DNA from: Basidiobolus ranarum
Taxonomy: Eukaryota
Reading direction: 5' to 3'
DNA length: 45,315 bases
Assembly (NCBI GenBank): GCA_040143965.1
Contig: JASJQH010000026.1
Span: 1 to 45,315 of the forward strand
Below, piece by piece: positions 1-11,129 of the stretch. Within the stretch, counting starts at the first letter, position 1; every line of letters begins with the position of its first letter. Made by a program: the position numbers and the translations under genes. The notes beneath the pieces are model-generated. The model was not told the origin of the DNA. It did no database searches and worked only from the letters and a program-made list of their open reading frames with translations.

Positions 1-374
1 ATATAGATTTCTAGCAGCGATATGCGCTCATAATGTTTTTCGATATTTGACTGTCAATTAGTAATCTATGCTAGAAGCTTCATCTACGGATTCTTGGGCC
101 GAATCCCGAAACGGTCAAAACTATGATCTCTGCATAGCATCATATCCATAGATCTGGAGATTAAGAAATTTTTTCGCTTCACTTATTACAGTGCCAATTT
201 GGTTAGCATATCCATGATGCAATTAATGATTAATACTGAAATTGTGCCATGACATTATACAAATGAAGCAAAGTGATATTACGTGAGTTTGAGATATATA
301 AATATAGTTATATCATAGCCAGCCAATTGAGTATTTTTTACAAGTTTATTTATTCAATAATACAGTGTTTAAAT

Positions 375-1427
375 TTAGTTTTCAAGTACAACTCTATAGC
401 GAACCTTTCCATCACGTACATGTTTAAGACCCTCATTTACTTTATCCATGGGGAATCTTTCAATCATGGGACGGATGTTGTGTTTGGCAGAGAACTCAAG
501 AGTGGCCTTTTGATCCTCAATTGAACCAATAATACTACCTACCAGAGTGATATTTTTAGGGATTAAGCTCATAGGACTGAGTGTGATGTTATCTTCGGGG
601 GCAGCTAGCAAAACGAGCTTGCCAAAAGTGTCCAATAGACTGGCATACTTGTCATATGGTGCGTTGGAGGCATTAGAGGTAATGAACAAATAATCTAAGG
701 AACGAGAAGCTTTCTTCATATCCTCTTCATCTCTTAGATTAACAAAGTGAGTAGCCCCAAGTTTCTGGGCCTCTTCTTTCTTGTTAGTGGATGTAGAGAT
801 GGCGGTAACTTCAGCACCAAGGGCTTTGGCGTATTGAAGGGCTAGATGACCAAGTCCACCAATGCCCACAACACCAACACGTTCACCAGCCTTAACACCA
901 TGTCTTCTCATAGGAGTAAAAACGGTGACACCGGCACAGAGAATGGGAGCAGCCTCTGCTGAATCAATAGCATCAGGAATTTTGAAAGCGTAGTGAGAGA
1001 GAACTCTGATTCCCTTGGAGTATCCACCATAAGATTTGGCACCATCAGCATATCTGCTGTTATAGGTCCCGACCATGTTGGGGCATGTAGCATCGTTCTT
1101 TGAACTGCAGGCCTTGCAATCATCTTTAAGACAAGCAAATACTTGTGGTCCAACACCTACTCTATCACCGATTTCCAAACCAGCAACTCTAGGACCTTTG
1201 TTGACTACTTTGCCAACAATCTCATGACCAACGACTACAGGATAGTCCGAGGCACCCCATCCTGAATCCAAAACATGAATGTCGGATCCGCAAAGACCAC
1301 AATGTGAAATAGCAATTTCAACATCGTCTTCTCCGAGAGGGCGAGGTTGGTAGGCCCAAGGGGTCAAGGCCTGATCTTTGCCGTGACAGGCATAACATTC
1401 AAAACTAGTATCGTTGGAGCTTAACAT
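375..1427 (-). CDS. Zn-dependent NADP(H) alcohol dehydrogenase, cinnamyl-alcohol dehydrogenase (Adh6/Adh7-like) family
   Basis: Intronless 350-aa ORF with CGLCGSDIH (catalytic Zn Cys), GHEIVG, a structural-Zn Cys cluster (CLKDDCKACSSKNDATC), APILCAGVTV, the Rossmann motif GIGGLG and a C-terminal VRYRVVL. Confidence 0.95.
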   Translation of the reverse strand: MLSSNDTSFECYACHGKDQALTPWAYQPRPLGEDDVEIAISHCGLCGSDIHVLDSGWGASDYPVVVGHEIVGKVVNKGPRVAGLEIGDRVGVGPQVFACLKDDCKACSSKNDATCPNMVGTYNSRYADGAKSYGGYSKGIRVLSHYAFKIPDAIDSAEAAPILCAGVTVFTPMRRHGVKAGERVGVVGIGGLGHLALQYAKALGAEVTAISTSTNKKEEAQKLGATHFVNLRDEEDMKKASRSLDYLFITSNASNAPYDKYASLLDTFGKLVLLAAPEDNITLSPMSLIPKNITLVGSIIGSIEDQKATLEFSAKHNIRPMIERFPMDKVNEGLKHVRDGKVRYRVVLEN

Positions 1428-2516
1428 GGTGTATATGAGGTAATTGTAACGAGGCAGAGGATACTCTTATATAGCGACACACAAATGAAAATTGATTAGT
1501 AATGGAAGGTTAACGAATTACTCGTAGAAAGGAATAAAGATACTCCTTACATTCCGATAGATTCATCTAAAAAAGGGAATAGCAAGTTGTATCAACAAAA
1601 TATTGAAGTCAAAAACTGGCTGCGTAAGTGTACTTCTCAGTGATTGGTACCAAAAATGATTTTTTTTGCTTGACAGTCACTGGGAAAATATCGTGACGTA
1701 TTCCGGTCCATCATGAATCCCTAATAATAAAACACTACAGCTTAGAGACACGCGATTGTTTTTGTAATAAAATAATGAATCAATCTTGGCCATTGGAACT
1801 CTCGGAGCACGTGTTACCAGCTCGATCGGAGATATTGGTGTGTGGGTATTGCTTTCCTAATATGGAATTAAATTGCGGATTGTGGATGTGTACATCTTAA
1901 TCGATACATTTCCATCGAATTCTTTGTTTTAAACATCGAGCCCCCTTACCTTATCTCGATCAAGAGTCTGCATCTGCTTATGATCTAAACTCGAATTTCA
2001 ACAGACATTGTAGTAAATCGTTATTGGCCAAAACATTGAGAGTTACTTGAGATGCTGTATGTTGATCGTTGAAGATTCTTAACTATTGTCATTTATGGTC
2101 AGGGCGTCAATCCCACTTTAAAACGCCACCATTTCAGATAATGTGGTGGTGAATGTATATGAATACACACATACGTTCTAACACTGGTAAGATCCAATCC
2201 TGCGTCTTGCCTATATTCCATCTTGACGAGACTTTGCCAGGGAAAATCCATGCAACAATCAAACTTCAAAACAACTATTGATGCATGGATTTTATAACCA
2301 TAGCGTAACAAAAAAACCGATCGGAGAATAGCGACTTGATTTAAGTTCTATTTACCATGACAACTATTAAATGGCAGTTCTTGGAAGTCATGTATTGAAA
2401 TAGTCATTTGTCCATTGCATGCTTTCTATTTAATTTTTCTTTCCTTGAAATCAATCTTTTGAACATTAACCTATCTTTACAGACAAGCCTTTATTGGCAT
2501 AGATTCACCTTTACCA

Positions 2517-3810
2517 ATGTGTAGCTCTAAAGTAATCCTGTTGATTCTCGGTATTTGTTCGGTTTTTGGAGATCAGCTTCCCATATCACAAAACTCTATT
2601 CCAGCACACCCTACCTCACCTGCGGGCTCTATTCCACCACATCCCACCACATCTTTGAGTTCCACTCCACCACAAGCGATACTACCTCCAGGATCCTTAC
2701 CAATTGGCGTACTTGCCCCCATAAACTCGGAGGTGGTCAGTCAGATCGATCTTTCACGGGTTCCTAATATACCCGTAAAGCTACCTGGCACTGGAACTTG
2801 TCCAGGGATATGCAAGCCAGATGGTTGTGAGAATTGTTGGGAATCATGTGGAATTTGTAAAAGACCAACTGATATTTGGTCATGCCCTATGGCGAACAAT
2901 TTAGGACTTACCTTTGACGATGGCCCAGGGTATATTTTCGTAATCAATTAATGTGAGGGGAGTGAAAGCAGTGACTACAAAGATCTAATTCATTTACTTG
3001 AATATAGTGATGATACGCCTAAACTTTTGGATATTTTGGCGGCTGAAGGAGTTAAAGCTACCTTCTGCGTAATTGGTGTATTACTACAAAGCCCTAAACA
3101 TGCTGAAACTATGCGTAGAATATATAAAGAAGGACATACCATCTGCTCTCATACCTGGTCACATCCTCATCTTATGTCACTTACGAATGAACAGATAGTA
3201 TCCGAGATGAAGGCCACTGAGGATATTATAATTAAAACGATCGGCGTGAAGCCACGGTATCTCCGTCCCCCATGTAAGGACTATAATATTACTCATATCA
3301 GACTATTATTTACACGATACTAAATAAGTCTTCGAACATACCTAGTTGGTGAAGTCGATGATCGAGTTAGAGCAGTAGTGGAAGCTATGGGATACAAAGT
3401 TTTAATGTGGAATTTGTAAGTAGATGATAATGGATTCTGTTGTATCTCAACTAATGGTGATTAATAGGGATACTTTGGACTGGAAGTTTTGGCAAACAAA
3501 TGCTAGTGCAATTGGCGATTCGATAAATCAGAATCTTGCTTCAACGGCTAACCCAACGCGAAGTTGGGTAACTTTAATGCACGACATTTATTCAGCTTCA
3601 GTTTCACAAGTCCCCGGAATGATCCGTACAGCTAAAAGTATGGGTTTGGAGTTACAATCAGCAGGGCAATGTTTAGGTGACTCGTGGGTACCGGTGCAAG
3701 TCTCTACTCGAGAGGTACACTCTACCTCATCCAGCCCAAAACTCCTGACCTATGAAATTTGGACGATTTCTATTATTTATGTAATCTTCTCCAGTATTGT
3801 AGTAGACTGA
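2517..3810 (+). CDS. Chitin/polysaccharide deacetylase (CE4, NodB domain), secreted and probably GPI-anchored
   Basis: Exons ~2517-2929, 3008-3273, 3346-3415 and 3468-3810 join in frame across GT-AG introns. All five CE4 motifs are present: TFDDGP, HTWSH, RPPFG, DTLDW, LMHD. It has an N-terminal signal peptide, a Pro/Ser/Thr linker, a Cys-rich CWESCGIC..DIWSCP segment, and a Ser-rich then hydrophobic C-terminus. Confidence 0.92.
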
Positions 3811-4285
3811 TATTCCACACGTTGGGTTCTAGGAATCGTATCAACGTATTTATTGAATTTTTGAACCATTCTATCATTAGATTAATAAGCTTATTTCATA
3901 TCCTACTTAAATGGCATACTTCTTCGGTTGACTTAGACACGCCAGTTGGCAAAGTCGTTAAGAGAAATAAATTACAATAAACCGTTACATTTATCTAAAG
4001 CTTATCAGTTTTATTGTAGTAAAATACGATATATAAATAGCAAGGTTATGTATGATGTATTCCCGTTCATTTAAAGCTTTAAAAAAAACCAAGGTGTGTA
4101 CAAAGAGAGATGTTCAAGGGAGAAATTACAAAGAATGCAAAATTATGAGGGATTGGGATACTGTCAAAAAAACAAATACGACTATTTTCTAGAAGAAAAG
4201 TTGAGTAGCAAGAGGTTGATAGTACATATTGCAAATCTAACGTTTGTTTTCTATATAAAAACGTGCAGAACCAAACTGAACATTC

Positions 4286-7200
4286 TTATTTTGTTTTGAA
4301 GTAAAAGTCAGGATTTCCCCAATAACAGGTGATCATGTTCCCATTGATGGTATTAGGCTCGCAAGTTTCAAAAATTCTGGGCTTCGAGAATAATGTGACT
4401 TTTGGAGGTTGAATAATGGCTTTCTGTTGAATAGCTCCTCGTGTAACTAGTACTTTCAGAACATCTTGTAGTTCACATCGAGACATGACCAGTGAGAATT
4501 TACGGTGAATATTTGCTTCGTACACACCGGGTTTTTGAATGACATATCCTAAAACTGCTTCAGAGCAGGCCCGTAAAACAGTTTCAACGATGTTTCCATT
4601 GATATCATACCACATTCTGGCTGGTGCATATCTGTGAATGGTGATCCGTGACAATGGGTCACGCAACCTAGGAGTTCGTTCTAATGAAGACAAATCTAAC
4701 TCGGGCCCGGGGGTCCCCGTGGATCTCAATGGAGTTTGGCTTCTAGAGTAAGAACAGACTGTACGTTGCGCCGTGTCAATCATCCAGAATGAGAGAAATT
4801 CTTGAGTCACGTATCTAAATGTATTGAATCCAACACGACCAACTAAAGGAGGGCGGGATGATTCAAGTTTGCTCAGGTAAGCTTGAAGTTTTGTGTCATC
4901 CATGGTTGCATCTTTCTCGTTCCTGATGGTATTCGCCAACGACAGTAAAGTGGTTCCAAGGTTGCCGCTACTGTTGATGTAGTCATACACGAGTTGGACA
5001 TTAGCTTTGTCATCATCAGTCGAATATTGGCTCTTTATCTCTTCGATAATGATATTCGCATCGATATCAGGAACATCTTCCTTCGAATTATCAGCAAGCG
5101 ACGGTTTGTATCGCTTGGGCGTTGAACATTCTAAATCTGGAGTATCTTCCAGAGGTCGCTTTGTAGCCAGGCTAACTGTACCGGAGATAACTCTCGTAGG
5201 CTCCGATAATTCAGTAATTTCAGCAATATTTTCGGTTGGAGTGATACAAACAGAAAAATCCAATCTTCGATGATCAATCTTTCGACTCTTGTGATTAGGG
5301 ACAATCTGAGATTCATTTACAGATTCTGGGTACACTGGTGAAAGAGAGATCTTGTTATTTGAGAGCAAATTTAATAGGCAGGCCATAGTTCCACTATTGG
5401 CCAGGGGAGAGAACACCAAAGGGCCCTTAATGTGGAAGTGAAAAGCTGTAGCCTGCGGAAGCATCCGTTCGGGGAATGTTCCAGTTAAAACAGAGAGAAA
5501 CTTATCCGAGACATGAAATCCACGTCCAGGTATTCTTCTGTTAAATCCACCCTTGACTTTTACTATGGTTCCAGCTTCTTTAGCATCTTCCAGAGCTTCC
5601 ACAATCTGGGTATGAGGGAAGATATTTAATATGGAGAACGCATGCGAGGAGTCGTATTGATCTTCCGGAGTCATCAAAATCATTTTAACTAAGGCCTTGA
5701 TAAGCTCTTTTTGAATCTTATTTTCATCAACATCCTCCACTACCATATTGAGATTGTTGCAAAGTTTGGTGCGAAGAATGAAAGGATGAGCATACATGAC
5801 TGTCATCTTCCCACGAAGGGATACCGCAAATTCTACTTGATCTTCGAAATAAATATCTTCGCTATGGGTTGAAGACACAAACGAGGGATCAAAAACAGAC
5901 TCAAGAATTGCAGGGTTTTTAGGGAGAGGATAAGAAGGGATAGGGTCGTGGGTAGGTAGATTTCTTAATGCACTCATAAAGTATTCCAATTGTCCTTTCA
6001 AATCGAAATCTATCATATCTACATCATCCTCATCGACAAATCCACCTGTCTTGAGACCCTCATGATACAAGGCCTCCCAATGAATAACAAGAGAATTGAC
6101 TCTATCTTGGTTTCGAGTGTTTCGAAGCAATACGTTAATCCTGCGTCGACAATTTTCACTTACGCGTTCAGGAAAGACCTGTATAATGGATGCCCAAAGA
6201 AACTTAGACCTACGTGCTCGGTATCTTAGGATGACATACGCATGAAGTAACATCTCATCTTCTTGAGGAGACCAGTATGAGCGGTATCTTCTAGAGATGG
6301 ATTCATACTGCGACTCGAATCTCTCTTCATCTCCAATAACTGGAAGATTCTCCTCATTCTCCATGAGACCAGGGTTTGTAATCGGCTCTTGCTGCTTTCT
6401 CAGTTTTTCTCTTTGAGATTTTCTCCCGATCGAAGAATGTGATGACTCGCCTTGACTATTTTTCCCCTTTCTCTTATTCTTATTAGGAGGCGTACTATCT
6501 GAGCCAAACGAAGCAGAAGCTGCGTTTTTTAACAATCTCTCTCGAATAGTCTCTCTACGCTTCTTTCGGAAAGCGGACTCTCCATCCGGTACCTTGGAGC
6601 TAGCAATCAATCCCTCATGACTAGTATGCTTTTTCGTTGCTTCCAGAGCAGCAGATGCTTGTCTCTCGCGTTTCTTAATCAACTTGCGCTCATGATCATC
6701 TTGAATTCTTTTGAAAAAGAATTTCACCCGTTGAACATGAAGGCTAAGTTTAGCAGCAATTTGACGGCATTTGACTTCATCTTCAAGTGGTGTTAATCCC
6801 TTCCGACGATTGACATAAGACTCCAGCACGGACCTTTGGTGAGTGGTAAACGGATACGACGACTGCCAGTTACGAGGGTTTGTGATGTGAAATAGAGGGT
6901 CGTTTCTTCCGTCCCCTTCTTCTAATTTTTCAGACTTGCATTGTTTAGGAGTCTTGGAGTTTTCTTCGTAACTCTCATCCGCACTTTCACCGCTGTTTTC
7001 ACCTTCATTATCACTTCCGATGTTGGTTCTTTCCGCGACTTTTTGAAGAGCCACATATTGTAATTCACTCCAATATATCGTAACATCCTGGATGGTTTCC
7101 AAAACGTACTCACGAATGACCATTCGGTTGGTCCCAGGAAAAGAATAATCGAACATTCGGACATGTAACGGAAGTTGATAAGCAGAGCTAACAATTTGAA

Positions 7201-10200
7201 AGGACGCTTCAAAATCACTGTCGTTCATATCATCAAGACCCTCATATACAACGTTTCCCAGTTCATCGAAATCTCTAGCAACCGGTTTTAAGATTTCAAG
7301 TGCGACCAAGATATCTAAGAGCTGCTTGAGTTGACGTCTATATTTATAGTTTCCACCAAAAATAGCCGCTCGAATAGAGTGTGGTAGGTCAACCACCCGA
7401 ATTGACAAATCTTTGTTCCCTTTGATGTAATTTGTCAGTTCAGTATTTTGAGTGGTGTGACCAATGATCTTCAAGTAAAGATCCAAAGTAAGGTCAGTGA
7501 AAAGCATGGATGTCTGGAATACTCTTGAAGAATCATCAAGTTCATTTTCTTCAGCTTGACCGTTGATTTTGCTAATTAAAAATTGATGGAGAAGCTTTGC
7601 ACGAACCATCTTGGCATTTATCCAGCCGTAATCCTGAGCTGTTGAAAGCCACCACATATCGCTAGAAGGGTTTGATTTTGCAGGAGTCGTGGGACTAGTA
7701 TCTATACGTGGTTGTGAGGTAGAGGGTGTCTGGACTGAGCTGCCTATCCTCTTTCTCATATCTTCCAGCCTTTCCACTTCTATATTCTCTTCTTCGATCT
7801 TGGGTGGTTTAAATGTACTTCCAACCAGCATGATACGGTCGCGCATCAAAGCCACATACTCTTTGACCTCCGGGCTTTGTGGGGTCAGTGAAGGGTGGAG
7901 AAACAGTATTTTTGTGTTGTATGTTCCATTAAGAAGAGGAAGTCTTACTGTATATTGAGTGAGAAGATTCTCTTCCTCTAACGATGTGGCAGTTCGGGCC
8001 AGAGTTCTCTTGTCTATCGTATGAGGTAAGTGAGCTCCAGTTCCTAGTTGAGCGGCCAAGAGGTCTTGATAGGATTTAATGAGTAAGTAACTTAATTCAA
8101 GAATCTTCTTTTCATCCAGAAGTTGAAGGAGTAGCTTTCTGCGTCTAACGGCTGTGATGGACTTCAAGTGAGACGCACTGTTGGTGCTTGGTGTGGGGAT
8201 GGCTTTTCGATCAGGGGTAACAGGAATTTTATCCTCTGTGATGTCACCCTTAATCTCCACGGGTTCCTCGCTCTCATTTTCGTTGACTGCCGGTCCTTTG
8301 CCTTTACATTTTCTACTGCAGAACCAATTACCTTTGGGTATTGCTTTGAGAGGTGGATTAGAGCAGTATGTATGCTGGCCTTCGTTACAATGATCGCAGA
8401 GGAGTATTTGGCTATCATCATCACCTTTATGGCAAACTTTACAAACAATCTCATCTACATCCATACCATCAGGTTGAGGTGTAGATACGATCTCGGGGGT
8501 AGATTCAATCACGTGTCTGGAAGAGTCGCGACGATTACGTGTGGGCGTGTTTCCGTTCAGAACTCTTCTCATTTCAGATGTGATACCGTCCTCCTCCTCT
8601 AACCTTTTAAAGGATTCAGTGGAGTAATACCGATACCGTCTTTCACGCCCAACAAATTCTGCGACGCGACAGATCCCCACTTGGTCTACATTCGCTGGAG
8701 GCTTTAAGAGTCTAGTTAGAATCTTCTGTAACAGACGGTTATTGATATTGCTTAAAGATTCTTGGATAGCCTATAGAAGAAATAATGATGAGTATTGGAT
8801 TGTTTTCTATTCAGGTATAGATAAATCATAATTACTCCTGCTGTTATTCCGTCGTCACCAGACAATTGAATCAGTCGATAGACCTGATACTCAAAAGGTA
8901 AATCCGCAAGAACACCACGTTGAATGGAGGGGACGACTGGATCTTGTGTTGGTGATTCTGGAACGAAATCTTCACTAATATCCACAAGTCTTTCTCGAAT
9001 TTTAAGTGCTAAGATTATGAAAAGAAAGTTAAATTATTTCTGCTACCATATCAAAAAGGATCTCACTAGCCCACCTTGAGGTTTTGAAGGAATCAACGGA
9101 CTGGTATTGCTCTGCGAATTGGGTACATAGGGTCTTAACAGTCTAAAGCATCTATCATAGCCCTTATCTTTTCTTGGAACATTGATTCTCTCGATATATT
9201 TTTGCTTTACTAATATATCAATAGTACGGTTGAACCATTTTCGTTGTTGCTTAACAGTTGCTGTATCTAAGCCCTAGTTTAAAAATTTAAATTAATTAGT
9301 ATTCCTAAATGAACTCGGAATAGTTGGCACTTACTAAAGCATCCATCAAATCTTGAGCGACCATAACTTTATTCAACGCCTGTCCCAGTATCTCTGTTAG
9401 CTTTTGTCTTACAAGATCACTGTGAAAAGAAACGCCTGTATCAGGAGATGATGGACTATTTTCAGTATTTTCATAATGAAAGCGTATTGAATCCTTTTCT
9501 GCCTCAAGGGTAGAAGCAGGATCACTTCGTTCACAATTTGATGGCATTGTCGCCAAATAAGCGGGATTTAGATGAGCATAACGAATATGAAGACACAGAT
9601 TAGTGTATGTTCCTCGTGTTACGACGGGGCACTTGACTCTATGAGAAAAGAGGACATTAGTATCTAACGGTGATAACAAATATATACAATGAAGAATTAG
9701 ACATACACAAGTTTCATTTCACACAAGACTTTGATAAAATGAAATACAGATCGCGGATCCATTTTCAAATCTTTAGCAATATCCGCCTGTGTTGCACCTA
9801 ATACCCGGCCACGAGCAATACGTCGTAAAACCGAGGATATCATTGAAGAGAATTCCTTGCTTGGCTGTGATACGGAATATTAAATATCGTAAATAACGTT
9901 GTAAACTTGGACTTTTATCGATAGAATGAGAAAATACCCACACCTTGGTGTCCATAGAGGGCTTTTCTTTGTAAATCCGAGCTAGCTATTACTTTCAGTT
10001 TGCTCCCGTATTTTTGTTCCACTTCTTCTAAGCTAGCTACCCCAATTTCTGTCCTGAGGGAGTTTCCGGAATTTTGGTGAGTAATTTTATCGGGTGATTT
10101 CTAAAGGATAAGAGTAAGAGTAAAGGTTAAAAAACGCTTGTTCAATACTAACTATGGGTAAAATATCAACTATATAATGACATACTGAATGTTGAGTTTT

Positions 10201-10531
10201 TTTCCCTCGTGTTTTCCCCTTGTTGTGTATATCTTGTTCAACAATCACAAAAGATACCTCCTCCATTTTACTTAAAATTCCCCATATATAAGCCTTCATT
10301 GATTCGTCAAACACTTGTGGTCCCTCTGGATCTGAACCAAACTTTTTTCTACGTAAATTCGTGTATGTTGCATTATAATATTCTTCAAAGAATTTCCAGA
10401 TGTTCGGTAAAGGGCAGCCTGAAGACAAAAAGTTTGTATGGGAGTTATTGGAAACCTTAAAAGTGGTTTAACTTACCACCATCACCTTCCACGCCGATTT
10501 CTTCCAACACGTATAGCAATAGATCATCCAT
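4286..10531 (-). CDS. TFC3: RNA polymerase III transcription factor TFIIIC large B-block-binding subunit (Tfc3/Sfc3/GTF3C1 family) with an internal PHD finger
   Basis: ATG at 10531 gives MDDLLLYVLEEIGVEGDGGCPL, a typical family N-terminus. A B-block winged-helix segment (VLRRIARGRVLGATQADIAKDLKMDPRSVFHFIKVL) lies at ~9710-9835. Several short introns precede a ~4.5-kb terminal exon (8770-4286) containing EFVGRERRYRYY, HTIDKRTLART, homeodomain-like and Myb/SANT-like segments, and RRIPGRGFHVSDKF. Confidence 0.88.
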
Positions 10532-11129
10532 TGTCTAACAGGTGTTGAAGGAAGAGTAAATTCGAATCAGATGAATAAAGTGTAAGAATTGTGGGTAAAA
10601 ATTCCAAATTAACAATAAATTTAATGAAAAATATCCAAACGCTTTGGATCTATGCACACATAATCATCCCTTAGCATATGAATTAGCAGTCCACTCTCAT
10701 TTGCCCAATTGTATTTTCTAAATCCCAGATATTGCATACAACCATTTCCGAATAACATCATTGGCTTACTTCGATATATACATTCGTTCAGAAAAAGAAA
10801 AAAAATCGTTCGTGATCAAGTCTAGCATAAGCTGGTCATATATAACATGTCAAATGCAAGAATTGTTAGGAAGGTCAGTGCGATGTAGTAGAGAATTATG
10901 AATTTACTTCATGGACTGAATAAAAGTTCCGTATATTTATACTGCTTTCCAGATCTAGGCGAGTCAGCCATGATAGGAATGAGTGGGTGAAAATGTGGAC
11001 TAGAGAAGATATAATATACATGTTGTGGTAACCAAGTACGAATGAAATGGTCTAGCAAGGAAAGGTTGAAGAAAGTTGTTTCCAACAAATTACAGATAAA
11101 AATCATAAAATAAGTTTCAATCCTCTGAA

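Noticed and set aside
10559-10570. ATTCGAATC, a B-box-like word upstream of TFC3 (possible TFIIIC autoregulatory site)
   Set aside because: It lacks the invariant G of GTTCRANNC, and a single imperfect match is not enough support.
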